A stretch of DNA of 63,646 nt, the filler included, from Craspedostauros australis (Eukaryota): assembly GCA_030167865.1 (NCBI GenBank). It is 8 parts of 8 records of this genome, joined end to end, with 100 filler letters (N's around TTAATTAATTAA, not from the genome) between each part and the next. Parts side by side here need not be neighbours in the genome. Positions count along the whole stretch, not along the records: positions 35,879 to 43,806 come from JALAGF010003906.1; positions 43,907 to 47,291 come from JALAGF010003908.1; positions 47,392 to 51,643 come from JALAGF010003909.1; 5 more parts are not named here. One strand, 5' to 3'. A program made the position numbers and the translations under genes. Below are positions 38,653 through 50,400 of this stretch, one piece after another (within the stretch, counting starts at the first letter, position 1; the number at the start of each line of letters is the position of its first letter). The notes below the pieces were generated by a model. That model ran no database searches. It worked only from the letters and a program-made list of their open reading frames with translations, and was not told the origin of the DNA.

Positions 38653-41600
38653 AAATAAATAAATAACTCAAGGATTAAACCCTCTTATGAGGCTGCGCCG
38701 GTGGCGCTTTTCTCCGCCTCCTTTAAACTTCGTGCGCGGCACGAAGGGAGCACGGAATCTATGTATTTTTCATGTAGTTGTCGTGTGCATCTCATTCATG
38801 ATGCTGCTTCTGCCGATGTCGTCAAGCTGGTGGCGCTGGGGCCGGGTCTTGCCGCCGACACTGAAGCCACCTGAACAGGGCGCCTGAGGCGGCCGGTTCT
38901 TGCAGCACTCGTGCGGCTTGCTCCACCCACACCGCTACCTGTGCAGTATGCGCTTCTGGGGCCGGGGCTGTTCGTAGCATTCGTTCGTGCGTGGAGCCAT
39001 CTTGCTCGAGGCGAAGTCGGAGTGACTCTTCTCTGTTGCGAAGAGCTTGAATCATCCCGGCTTCGGCCGAGTCCTGACTGTTGAACATGTCGTTGTTGCG
39101 TGCTGCCCACTGATCCCATGCGATGTGCCATATACGTCGTATCAGCTGCCTGGTCCACTTTGCCGCGGACCTCCGAGACCGCGCCTGCTGTAAATATTCC
39201 TCTTGCAACCGCTCCCAATGTTCGACAACAAGGCCCTTCCTGAGAGCTTGCGCCCCGGCTGCCATCTGCTGTTGCACTGCCTCGTGAAGTTCTCCGCCTT
39301 GGTGGACCGATCGAAGATAGACTGTCCCCTCAAGCTGACTGCGCAGAATGGCAATCAACGTCGAAGCAACTTCCGGCTTCGTCGGATATTTCCTCATCCA
39401 CCGTCGCATCTCTTGTGTGTGCTTTCTTGCTATCGCTCGCCTACCATCGTTCTTACATTGCCAAAAGTGAGCTGTGTCTTCTTGATCGTCACAGCTTGGA
39501 CACTGGTCAGACAGCCTCATGCCCCACTGCTTCATGCGCTTGCCCAGGGGTGCTTCCCCGGCGATCAGCTTGATCGTGAGCAGCCGTCGGTTTTGATCCA
39601 GCTCACGCAGAGCGCCGCCGACCGCCCTCCATTGAACTGGGGCGTCCGACTGCACCACTTGCCTGGACTGCAAAACTTCTGCTGCCCCCTTCGAAGTGGG
39701 CCCGCGTGCGATCTCGTGGTAGCCGATTCGCGACATTTTCCTATCGGTAGTGAAAGACACCTTCTCGCCGTGAATGTGACCTGTGTGCATAACGTTGGTT
39801 GGCATCGCGATGCGCGCCGCACCTGCCACCTTGTCGGCGATCACGTTCATCCTGGCCCATCGGCTCAATTCGCTCCACTCGACGTTGTCATCCTGGTGCC
39901 CCTTCACGTGGCGGCTGCTGACGTCGATTGGGAGTTCTATGCTCATGTTGCGCACTGCTCGTTGTAAATCCGCATCCGTCGAGGTTGGGGTCAGGTGCCA
40001 TCCTGGGTCGAGAGCATGAAGGGCTCCAACGTTGTCACAGCCGATCTCCGCGCTTCCGGAGCGTACCGCATACACGTCGCACACCACTTTCAGGATTGTC
40101 AGGACCCCGTAGATTCCCGCCAGCTCCGCTCGGTGCGACTGCATGACTCCGTCGGTTTCCGGCGCAAGATTGGCTACCAGCACCCGTGTGGCGGCGTCGC
40201 CGCATTCGGCCATGATCACCGCACCAGAAGCACCCTTTCCGTTGGCCACGGACCCGTCACTGCATGCTGTCACCGTTCCCTGACGCAGCGCTGTCGCTAT
40301 CGTTCCCCATTGTCCATCGATCGTGTGCTCCTGTATTGACCACGCCATGCCTTGTGGCACCATCTGTATTTCTTGTTCCACTGTCGTTGCAGGCCGTGCT
40401 GACCACAGCTCTCCGTTCCCAGTTGCCGTTATGATCAGCCGTTCGCCGTCTCGATATCCATCTGCTATGAATCTTGGCCGTGGCACGGCGCCTTCGGCTT
40501 GCTCATACATTTTCTGCCGCCGTCGCCGTGGGACGTGCCTCCAATGCTGTGCCGGATTTTCGGAATCTTGCGCTCTATCTGTTGCTGGGTCCCAAAACAC
40601 CTGAGGCTGCTGCGAGCTGAACCGCAACCATTTCCCCAGAGGCCTGTCTAATCTCAGAGCCGTCGACCTTGAGACTTGACAGAGCATGCGGATGGTTTTC
40701 TGCCACACCTTCCAGTACGCTGACCCTATGTGACCGACTGGCGGCCATTGGATGCAGGTCTTGCGTAGCGGCACGTCTCCTGGTTGGCTTGCCGTCTCCA
40801 GAAGCTGTCGACCATCTGCCGTTGCAATATCGGAGAGCCAAAACACTTTCTTCGCTATCCGGCACACGTTGACGATCTTCTCTTGGGACTGGCCGAGGTT
40901 GAGGGCTCGGACGCGCTCCATGATCGGCGCATCCTGTTGTCTTGGGGCATGCAGTATCCCGTCCTCCCACTGCACTTTGATGCCCACCCCACTGGCTTCC
41001 AGCCATACGGCCTTTATCCATGAGTCCTCTGCCAGGTGCCCCCATGCCGCTGGGTCTTGCCCAAACACATTGGGAATTCCCACCTGTATCGATATCAACT
41101 CCACTGAAGTTCGTAGTAGCCGTCCGGTCAGCGTGTCAGCGCACCAGCGCCTTGCTAGCACCTCGAGATGTTTTGCGATTTGTACGAAGTACAGGTGACG
41201 CACTCCAAATCCCAGTCTCTCGTGTGGCCCAAACACCAGCTGCCTTGATATGTTCCGCTGTATGCCAGCCGCCGGTAGCGCTGCTTGGAGGACCGGCCGC
41301 ATAATACGTTCTGTGGCCGTCTTGGTGAAGGTAGCACTGGTGAGAGGATATTCTAGCGCTTTCCAAATCGTGGATTTCATTGCCACCCAGGCGTGCGTTC
41401 TCAGCATGCTGCTTCTCCTCATCTTGTCGGCCCATTTGGTTGCCTTGCCTGTGTAGAACTCTTCGTTGTCGTCTTGCACCCCGTCGTGTCTCACCATTAC
41501 TCCTAGTGCCTTGCGTGCTTGGTCCACGTGTAGGCGCAGTAGGGTCGATCGTTCCTGTGAGTCCGGCTTCCGTATGCTGATGCTTCCGGGCTGCTCTTCT

Positions 41601-43806
41601 ACCGTCTTGTACTGCCATCTGGATCCATCCCATTTAAAGGACATCAGGTACCAATAACTTTTCTTCGGTTCGAGTGCTCCTCCGGTGGCGCGTAGCATGC
41701 CTTCCCACGCATCGACCACTTGCTGTATTTCTGTGATGCATGCGTCAGGGTCGTCGATTGCTGCCTTCACTGAGTGTATAAGGTCGGTGTCGTCCACAAA
41801 GGAGAAACACACCAGTCTTGTTACATCTGTCTTTGTTGGGTTTGTCGACTGAAAGCCGTACCCCTGCTCAGACATTGCCTTCATGATTGGTGAGCTCATC
41901 GCGACCCACCCGGCTGGTGAGATGCCCAGTCCTTGCAACAATCCCTGCAGCTTGGATCCCCGGTGAGGATACGTGCGTGTTGACTTTCCGAATCCTGTGA
42001 GCACGTGGTGTTGCATGGATTGGACGGCTGCTGTCACGCTTCGGCTTACCACTTGTGGTACTCCCATTTGGTCCATGCTGAGCTCGAGCGGGACGTGCGC
42101 CATTCTGTCATAGCAGCTTTTGGCATCGTTGGAGCATATGCAGCTGGTGGCCGCCGTCGCCCGTATGATGTCATCCGTCAGTCTGTTGTTGAGACTTACT
42201 TCCGCTGCGCTGCGTTGTTTGCGGCTGCCGTATTGCTCTTCTGGTAGTTGTCGCTCTGTTTCTGCGTGTTTCATCATAACCTTTCCTATCCACTTCAGGT
42301 TCGCGTTGAAATCACCCTCGACCAGGCTGATGGTTCTGAATCTGGTCACTCTGAAGTTTCCGGGCTCCTTCAGCAGCGTCACGTCGGTGCATGTGAGCCA
42401 TCTGCGCAGATTGTACCCAGTTCGAAGGGATATTTCTCGCATAGCGGCGTCGACGATTGCAGCCTCCTCATGTTGTGCGTTGGCTTTCCAGAGTCCAAAA
42501 TGCAGACCGGAGGGACCCGAGGTGGTCTTCTCTCGCGCTTTCCCCCATAGCTGTTGGTGGTTGGCTACGGTGATCTCGAGCTCCTCTTCCTTCCAGGTGC
42601 TAGCGCCCGGCCGGTCCAGTGTCTCGAGCAGCCTGTTGGTGTGCGGATCCATTCGGTGTTGGTGTCTGCGTTGAGTGGCTCGGATTCCGAGTCGGCGTAT
42701 GTCTCTCGCGAAGGCTGGGCGTTGTAGTGGGGTGATGTAGGCTTGCCTGTATTTCGACTCGTTAGCTTTCATGCATTGGGATATCACTTGCTGCTCTTTG
42801 TCGTAAACTTCCTCTTCGCCGGACTTGTTCTCCGCTATGACCATCGTGACCTTGCTGCCTGCATCGTTGTTCCCGACCGCGCTGCGGATGGCCTTGTACA
42901 TCTCGACTATCTCCTCGCGCTTCTGTATGGACCGTAGCGCGGCTTCCGACGATATGTTGCCATCTTTGGCCACTTCCTCCGCTCTGGCTTGTAGAAAGGT
43001 GCGTCGGTGGGCCCATGCCTCCTTTTTGGCCTGTTTCCATCGGGTATGCGCGCGCTTCCGTTTATCTTCCAGCTCGTCGATACTCAACGTGGCTGTTCTC
43101 ACCTCCACGTGTGCTTGCTTTTTCGCTCTTTCGTACCATCGTGCGCTTACTTTCTTGCCTTTCCGTCGTTTCCATGCGAGATTCCAGAATTGCTTCTCCA
43201 TTGCTCTTCGCTTGATTTCGGGAGAGAATGGGACTTGGCCTGTATATATCGCGCGTGCTCCTTTCTCTGCGGTCAGCATAATGGTTGTTCGTTCTTGATC
43301 GATGTCTTCCAACCGACCTTTCTGTTCTGGCGTCATGTTGTTGTGGGTCCTGATTTCTTCTCGTAGCTTCTCCGCCCTTTGTCTCAGCTTATGTCGTTCA
43401 TATTGTTTGCATACCTCTTTTTGGTATTTGCGCACCGTTTTCGGCTTGCTTAGCTGAACTCTTCGGCCTTCGAATTTTCGCGTGGGTGTACTGGCTGTGC
43501 CGAACACTGATTCTTGGTGCACTTCGATCCATGCCGTGCGATGATCCCATGGTCCAAAGGCGCTGTACCCAGACCTTACCACCTGCAATGACGCCGGCAC
43601 CCATATTCCATCGATGATCCTGTTGGAGTTTGCTCTGATGTTCGTGGAGATGCTTGGCGCTTCCGAGTGCTTGCTGAGGATAGACTCACGCATTCCGTGC
43701 TTGTGCATCATGGTTGCCATTTGTGATCGTGCTACCGGCATGTTGACGTCGCCTCCTACTATCACCGTTTCTCCGGCTTCCTGCCATGCTTGCATCTCTG
43801 CCTCCA
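38653..43806 (-). mobile_element. Non-LTR retrotransposon, Ambal-like family A, 5'-truncated by gap, with (TATT)n tail
   Basis: ORF2 38822-43795, 3' UTR and microsatellite tail abutting the host element's exon. Confidence 0.9.
38822..43795 (-). CDS. LINE ORF2: AP endonuclease (partial) - RT - RNase H - CCHC
   Basis: VGGDVN, IDGIW, WDHR (APE); FRTISLVE, EQYGSR, NDAKSCYDR, QGLLQG, FVDDTDL (RT); CSDGS, RAELAGI, GCDN, HVKGHQD, NVIADKVA (RNase H); CPSC..EDTAHFWQC. Confidence 0.92.
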   Translation of the reverse strand: MQAWQEAGETVIVGGDVNMPVARSQMATMMHKHGMRESILSKHSEAPSISTNIRANSNRIIDGIWVPASLQVVRSGYSAFGPWDHRTAWIEVHQESVFGTASTPTRKFEGRRVQLSKPKTVRKYQKEVCKQYERHKLRQRAEKLREEIRTHNNMTPEQKGRLEDIDQERTTIMLTAEKGARAIYTGQVPFSPEIKRRAMEKQFWNLAWKRRKGKKVSARWYERAKKQAHVEVRTATLSIDELEDKRKRAHTRWKQAKKEAWAHRRTFLQARAEEVAKDGNISSEAALRSIQKREEIVEMYKAIRSAVGNNDAGSKVTMVIAENKSGEEEVYDKEQQVISQCMKANESKYRQAYITPLQRPAFARDIRRLGIRATQRRHQHRMDPHTNRLLETLDRPGASTWKEEELEITVANHQQLWGKAREKTTSGPSGLHFGLWKANAQHEEAAIVDAAMREISLRTGYNLRRWLTCTDVTLLKEPGNFRVTRFRTISLVEGDFNANLKWIGKVMMKHAETERQLPEEQYGSRKQRSAAEVSLNNRLTDDIIRATAATSCICSNDAKSCYDRMAHVPLELSMDQMGVPQVVSRSVTAAVQSMQHHVLTGFGKSTRTYPHRGSKLQGLLQGLGISPAGWVAMSSPIMKAMSEQGYGFQSTNPTKTDVTRLVCFSFVDDTDLIHSVKAAIDDPDACITEIQQVVDAWEGMLRATGGALEPKKSYWYLMSFKWDGSRWQYKTVEEQPGSISIRKPDSQERSTLLRLHVDQARKALGVMVRHDGVQDDNEEFYTGKATKWADKMRRSSMLRTHAWVAMKSTIWKALEYPLTSATFTKTATERIMRPVLQAALPAAGIQRNISRQLVFGPHERLGFGVRHLYFVQIAKHLEVLARRWCADTLTGRLLRTSVELISIQVGIPNVFGQDPAAWGHLAEDSWIKAVWLEASGVGIKVQWEDGILHAPRQQDAPIMERVRALNLGQSQEKIVNVCRIAKKVFWLSDIATADGRQLLETASQPGDVPLRKTCIQWPPVGHIGSAYWKVWQKTIRMLCQVSRSTALRLDRPLGKWLRFSSQQPQVFWDPATDRAQDSENPAQHWRHVPRRRRQKMYEQAEGAVPRPRFIADGYRDGERLIITATGNGELWSARPATTVEQEIQMVPQGMAWSIQEHTIDGQWGTIATALRQGTVTACSDGSVANGKGASGAVIMAECGDAATRVLVANLAPETDGVMQSHRAELAGIYGVLTILKVVCDVYAVRSGSAEIGCDNVGALHALDPGWHLTPTSTDADLQRAVRNMSIELPIDVSSRHVKGHQDDNVEWSELSRWARMNVIADKVAGAARIAMPTNVMHTGHIHGEKVSFTTDRKMSRIGYHEIARGPTSKGAAEVLQSRQVVQSDAPVQWRAVGGALRELDQNRRLLTIKLIAGEAPLGKRMKQWGMRLSDQCPSCDDQEDTAHFWQCKNDGRRAIARKHTQEMRRWMRKYPTKPEVASTLIAILRSQLEGTVYLRSVHQGGELHEAVQQQMAAGAQALRKGLVVEHWERLQEEYLQQARSRRSAAKWTRQLIRRIWHIAWDQWAARNNDMFNSQDSAEAGMIQALRNREESLRLRLEQDGSTHERMLRTAPAPEAHTAQVAVWVEQAARVLQEPAASGALFRWLQCRRQDPAPAPPA

Positions 43807-43906
43807 NNNNNNNNNNNNNNNNNNNNNNNNNNNNNNNNNNNNNNNNNNNNTTAATTAATTAANNNNNNNNNNNNNNNNNNNNNNNNNNNNNNNNNNNNNN
43901 NNNNNN

Positions 43907-46900
43907 GAAGCCATCAGGACATGGAGAACCTGTGTTGCATTTGCCACTAGGCGCACTTACCAATCACAATCAGAGCTCCTCTCACACCATAAACATATGC
44001 ATGGTGAAGCACCTGAATCATTTCTTCATCTGCCTGGAAGAGTGAGCGATACTTTTCGTCTTGTGCATTCAGATATAGATGGGTGCTGGTTGGGAAATTG
44101 TGCTCATGCTCCGCACGCTTCTGATGCGACTCTTCTTTCAGTTTGGTTGTCTGTGTTGATCTCGTCTTCATCTCCACGATGAATACCTCATCATGTGTGT
44201 CGTTGGTTGGATCGCCCACGATGCTCAGGAAATCGACGGAAGCACGTGCGTAGGCTTTGCTCTGTTTCTGGACGAGGCCAGCGCGAAATGCAGCCTTGAT
44301 GGTTGAGTTGCTTCCACCCACATGTTCGCAGTCCATGGCTGCTCTCATCAGTGGTTCCTCATTTGCGTGTCCAAGACGTGTGTAGGCATTGGATTTGCCA
44401 TGCTGGGGCTTCATGAACCATGCCTGCAAAGCCATCTTTGCAAGCTGTTGCTGCAATTCCAGCAACTGGGGCGATATGGTGCCATCACCTTCTCCACTTG
44501 GTGCGACTTGTACGTTGCGTTCTCTTGGTGTATCAGGCTGGAGGATGGAGGTACTGTTTCTTGAGGCTGCTGTAGCTGAATCCGCATTGTTGGCTGGCGA
44601 CAAAGGAGTGCTGTCCTCTGAGCTACCTCTGTTATCATGTGCAGCAGTGTTTTCGTCTGGCGGGCACATGTCAGTGAATGCCAATGTGCCTGGAGTCTCT
44701 GATCTACTGGAGGCACATGCATTTGATGTGGATGTGGTAGCAGTGGATGGACCAGAGGTAGATGCGCTGGATGCTGTTGTGGCGGAAGCTGGCGTGCCTG
44801 ATGTACGAGGGACCAGCCTGTTAGATGTGGACGCTGTGGATTGTGATGCAGGTGAGCCCAAAGTCTTGGGCGCAGATGCTGCAGCTACGAATACTTCAGT
44901 GGGGTGTGCGTCGCATGCTGAAGTTGAAGATGTGGAAGATTTAGCTGCAGGTGAAGCGGAAGTGCCGGCGAATGAGGTTGTAGATGTTGAAGTGTGGTGA
45001 GCAGACAAAGATTCTCCTCGATGGCGGCAGATGGAATTTGTGCGCCTTGACTTTGATGTGGATTGAGATGGCTTCGTCCATCTAGAAGCAGATGACCTCA
45101 TTCTGCGTATTGTAGATGTGGATGGAAGAGGAGCCGATGTGGCAGACACCGAAGCGGACGATGCAGATGAAGGAGAGGCACTGCGACTGGACGTACTAGG
45201 TGCATTTGCAAACCTGCCGGAGTCGTGGTTGATGCCGGCTGCAGCATCGCTTGACTGTTGGGTCGCAGCTGCCTGTGCAGCACTGTCTCCTTTCTTGCAG
45301 GGTGATGTGGTGCTGGTCCTGCAGTTGTTTGTTGTAAGATTCGGAGATGGGCTGGCTTGGTTTGCACTGGCCAAAGCAGCAATCATTGCAGCCTTGTCAC
45401 GGATGCCCATGTCCTTCGAGAGCTGCTTCCTGCACAGCCCTTGAAGTGTTTTTGGTGTCATCGCGCAGTACTTGCGACTTGCCTTCCCATGGGTGCTCAG
45501 GATGAGGCTGAGCTTGTTCCGCAACGTCTTGACTGGACGCTTGTTTCCATCGGCGCAAAAGAGCTGCGCGAGTGCAGACAGGTGCAGACTTTCTGCTGAG
45601 CAGTCATTCTCCGACCAGTGCGCAACCGAGGCTCGTATGTTGGCCTCCAATGACGATGAGTTGTCTTGCTCATTTGTGAGCCGCTCGTAGTCTCTCTTTG
45701 CATCAAGCAAGGCCTTTTGAGAGGCCTGTTCGTCTCGCAACTTCTGCACAGTTTCCTCAGGGTTGATACCAAGGTACCTGGCGACAGCTGCCCACGATTC
45801 TTGGCGGAAGATGGTCTGATTTTGAGGTTTGCACCACTCGGTGCAGTCCAAGACGCATTTGAGCAAGCCATATGTGGATGAACTTGTCAGCGCAAACTTG
45901 CGCAACATGAACCAAAGGGGGTCTCCCTGCGAGCAAGTCAATCCATCCACACGCAGAGCATGCAGTTGGTCCTTCCATTTCTTCATCGCAGACTGGAGGG
46001 CCTTCTTTCCATCGTCCAAAGCAGATTGAGGACCTGGAGACTCGTCTGTGCTGGAATCGTCTTGTTGGATGCCAGACAATATGCCTTGGTCTATGGCATC
46101 TGCAGCAGCATACGCAGCGCGCACTGATGATGATCGCCGCGGGCTTGAGTATAAGAGAGAGAAGTATTGATGGTAGCGGTCGTCTTGTAGGTCAGCACCG
46201 AATGAGCAATTGAGACGAGCGTTGTATTTCTTCTCATCCGAAGCGTGGCGGAGAGTCAGATCCCACGCAAATCCATGCGGCTGTGTGGAGACAGTAAGGA
46301 CCACCTTCCCATTGTCGCGATATGCGGCGCATTCGAAGGGACGACCAGCAATTTGTGTGGTGACGGCAATCCAAAGTCGTTTTGGTCCGAACTGATGGAT
46401 GTCAATTTGCTTGTTGCTGATGGCTCCATGGGGACCATACCCAAATGGTAGGTACCCTGTTCGTTTGTGCGTGCCTTGGATCTCAGCGCCAAGTTCGAGC
46501 AGCCTCTGCACCAACTTGAGATCTATGAATCCTCGATCCATCATTATCAGGATGTCATCTAGTTCATTGTCGTCATCCACAATGATAAAACGATAATGAA
46601 AACGAGGTGAACTTACTGAACGCCAAAGGGTGATCAATCCGTGGTAGTGCAGTAGGTGAACGAAGTTGTTGATGATTGTGTGTCTTAGTCTTTAGAGCTG
46701 TAACGAATCCAAATGAGACTTTCAAAAAGGATTGTGAGCATGTGATGTGCAGCATCCATTATAGTTGGATCTGCAACATCTCTATTAGTAGTAACATAGT
46801 GGAGCGTTGAGTCTCCGTACGTGCAATCATCGTGGTGTCGATGTTGCCATTTCCGAGAGGAGACATCAATTTCGTGACGGTCGGAGAGAGAGTNTGTTGT

Positions 46901-47291
46901 TCACTCTCTTCCGATCAATTTGGGGGAACAAGGTTCATCCAACGGTTTGACCCGATTGTCCGTTCAGGACACGTCATGTCACGCCCATAAGTGGCGTGGG
47001 ATGGCACGATCGCCCAAACCCAAAGTCAGCGGACACGCGACATCGTCTTAAGTAGAGCACGATTCGAGGGTGGGACCCCATCCCACCGACATCGAGTCAT
47101 GCTTCAATCCCGCTCAAACTCTGAGCAGTCGGTCAGTTGACTAACTAGACTAAATCTTAACACGACTAATAGGAATACTAGTTTGAGCTAATACACAAAC
47201 TGGTCCCTGATTATTTCCATTGTAGATTCACAGTTGTCTTGGTGCCGCTCTCTGAGGAAGGCCATGGTGCAGGGCATAGAGGAAGCTGTCA
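43907..47291 (-). mobile_element. Copy 2 (partial) of the transposase/exonuclease element, disrupted by an insertion at 46583-47193
   Basis: 43907-46582 and 47194-47291 are colinear with copy 3 (a few SNPs near the insertion). The first residues of ORF 43947..46637 come from the insert. Confidence 0.75.
46583..47193. mobile_element. 611-bp insertion with 5-bp target-site duplication CACAA (solo-LTR-like or collapsed element)
   Basis: Empty site TCCACAAACTGG in copy 3. Here CACAA occurs at 46578-46582 and 47194-47198. Insert begins TG, ends TA and contains one N at 46894. Confidence 0.75.
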
Positions 47292-47431
47292 NNNNNNNNN
47301 NNNNNNNNNNNNNNNNNNNNNNNNNNNNNNNNNNNTTAATTAATTAANNNNNNNNNNNNNNNNNNNNNNNNNNNNNNNNNNNNNNNNNNNNGAAGCCATC
47401 AGGACATGGAGAACCTGTGTTGCATTTGCCA

Positions 47432-50400
47432 CTAGGCGCACTTACCAATCACAATCAGAGCTCCTCTCACACCATAAACATATGCATGGTGAAGCACCTG
47501 AATCATTTCTTCATCTGCCTGGAAGAGTGAGCGATACTTTTCGTCTTGTGCATTCAGATATAGATGGGTGCTGGTTGGGAAATTGTGCTCATGCTCCGCA
47601 CGCTTCTGATGCGACTCTTCTTTCAGTTTGGTTGTCTGTGTTGATCTCGTCTTCATCTCCACGATGAATACCTCATCATGTGTGTCGTTGGTTGGATCGC
47701 CCACGATGCTCAGGAAATCGACGGAAGCACGTGCGTAGGCTTTGCTCTGTTTCTGGACGAGGCCAGCGCGAAATGCAGCCTTGATGGTTGAGTTGCTTCC
47801 ACCCACATGTTCGCAGTCCATGGCTGCTCTCATCAGTGGTTCCTCATTTGCGTGTCCAAGACGTGTGTAGGCATTGGATTTGCCATGCTGGGGCTTCATG
47901 AACCATGCCTGCAAAGCCATCTTTGCAAGCTGTTGCTGCAATTCCAGCAACTGGGGCGATATGGTGCCATCACCTTCTCCACTTGGTGCGACTTGTACGT
48001 TGCGTTCTCTTGGTGTATCAGGCTGGAGGATGGAGGTACTGTTTCTTGAGGCTGCTGTAGCTGAATCCGCATTGTTGGCTGGCGACAAAGGAGTGCTGTC
48101 CTCTGAGCTACCTCTGTTATCATGTGCAGCAGTGTTTTCGTCTGGCGGGCACATGTCAGTGAATGCCAATGTGCCTGGAGTCTCTGATCTACTGGAGGCA
48201 CATGCATTTGATGTGGATGTGGTAGCAGTGGATGGACCAGAGGTAGATGCGCTGGATGCTGTTGTGGCGGAAGCTGGCGTGCCTGATGTACGAGGGACCA
48301 GCCTGTTAGATGTGGACGCTGTGGATTGTGATGCAGGTGAGCCCAAAGTCTTGGGCGCAGATGCTGCAGCTACGAATACTTCAGTGGGGTGTGCGTCGCA
48401 TGCTGAAGTTGAAGATGTGGAAGATTTAGCTGCAGGTGAAGCGGAAGTGCCGGCGAATGAGGTTGTAGATGTTGAAGTGTGGTGAGCAGACAAAGATTCT
48501 CCTCGATGGCGGCAGATGGAATTTGTGCGCCTTGACTTTGATGTGGATTGAGATGGCTTCGTCCATCTAGAAGCAGATGACCTCATTCTGCGTATTGTAG
48601 ATGTGGATGGAAGAGGAGCCGATGTGGCAGACACCGAAGCGGACGATGCAGATGAAGGAGAGGCACTGCGACTGGACGTACTAGGTGCATTTGCAAACCT
48701 GCCGGAGTCGTGGTTGATGCCGGCTGCAGCATCGCTTGACTGTTGGGTCGCAGCTGCCTGTGCAGCACTGTCTCCTTTCTTGCAGGGTGATGTGGTGCTG
48801 GTCCTGCAGTTGTTTGTTGTAAGATTCGGAGATGGGCTGGCTTGGTTTGCACTGGCCAAAGCAGCAATCATTGCAGCCTTGTCACGGATGCCCATGTCCT
48901 TCGAGAGCTGCTTCCTGCACAGCCCTTGAAGTGTTTTTGGTGTCATCGCGCAGTACTTGCGACTTGCCTTCCCATGGGTGCTCAGGATGAGGCTGAGCTT
49001 GTTCCGCAACGTCTTGACTGGACGCTTGTTTCCATCGGCGCAAAAGAGCTGCGCGAGTGCAGACAGGTGCAGACTTTCTGCTGAGCAGTCATTCTCCGAC
49101 CAGTGCGCAACCGAGGCTCGTATGTTGGCCTCCAATGACGATGAGTTGTCTTGCTCATTTGTGAGCCGCTCGTAGTCTCTCTTTGCATCAAGCAAGGCCT
49201 TTTGAGAGGCCTGTTCGTCTCGCAACTTCTGCACAGTTTCCTCAGGGTTGATACCAAGGTACCTGGCGACAGCTGCCCACGATTCTTGGCGGAAGATGGT
49301 CTGATTTTGAGGTTTGCACCACTCGGTGCAGTCCAAGACGCATTTGAGCAAGCCATATGTGGATGAACTTGTCAGCGCAAACTTGCGCAACATGAACCAA
49401 AGGGGGTCTCCCTGCGAGCAAGTCAATCCATCCACACGCAGAGCATGCAGTTGGTCCTTCCATTTCTTCATCGCAGACTGGAGGGCCTTCTTTCCATCGT
49501 CCAAAGCAGATTGAGGACCTGGAGACTCGTCTGTGCTGGAATCGTCTTGTTGGATGCCAGACAATATGCCTTGGTCTATGGCATCTGCAGCAGCATACGC
49601 AGCGCGCACTGATGATGATCGCCGCGGGCTTGAGTATAAGAGAGAGAAGTATTGATGGTAGCGGTCGTCTTGTAGGTCAGCACCGAATGAGCAATTGAGA
49701 CGAGCGTTGTATTTCTTCTCATCCGAAGCGTGGCGGAGAGTCAGATCCCACGCAAATCCATGCGGCTGTGTGGAGACAGTAAGGACCACCTTCCCATTGT
49801 CGCGATATGCGGCGCATTCGAAGGGACGACCAGCAATTTGTGTGGTGACGGCAATCCAAAGTCGTTTTGGTCCGAACTGATGGATGTCAATTTGCTTGTT
49901 GCTGATGGCTCCATGGGGACCATACCCAAATGGTAGGTACCCTGTTCGTTTGTGCGTGCCTTGGATCTCAGCGCCAAGTTCGAGCAGCCTCTGCACCAAC
50001 TTGAGATCTATGAATCCTCGATCCATCATTATCAGGATGTCATCTAGTTCATTTTCGTCGTCCACAAACTGGTCCTTGATTATTTCCATTGTAGATTCAC
50101 AGTTGTCTTGGTGCCGCTCTCTGAGGAAGGCCATGGTGCAGGGCATAGAGGAAGCTGTCAGGACACCTGCGATGGCCACAGGACTGTGTTGTACAAGAAA
50201 AAAGGCAGTGAGAGGATGAATGCAAATAATACAACAAATGCAACCTGTTGACAACCCCATTTCGGCTCGTGACTTACCCTGGTCGATTCGCCTGAGTGTG
50301 ACGCTTGATGGTGAGGCCACTTGTCATCCCTTTGCTATGCGAATGGACCTTGTCGTCGTCAAGTGTGATGACGCATTTCATTTTTGCATCGCGCAATGAG

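Noticed and set aside
38663..38755. LINE 3' structure as a hammerhead or HDV ribozyme
   Set aside because: No CUGAnGA/GAAA core or HDV double pseudoknot could be traced by eye; kept only as a structured element.
35879..46582. Copies 1 and 2 as giant inverted repeats flanking the LINE (Polinton-like or composite element)
   Set aside because: They lie on different contigs separated by a linker, so orientation and adjacency are arbitrary; no polB, capsid or packaging ATPase motifs seen.
46798..46812. TAGTGGAGCG as a tRNA primer-binding site after a short LTR
   Set aside because: Lacks the canonical TGG start directly after CA, and no matching second LTR at the other end of the insert.
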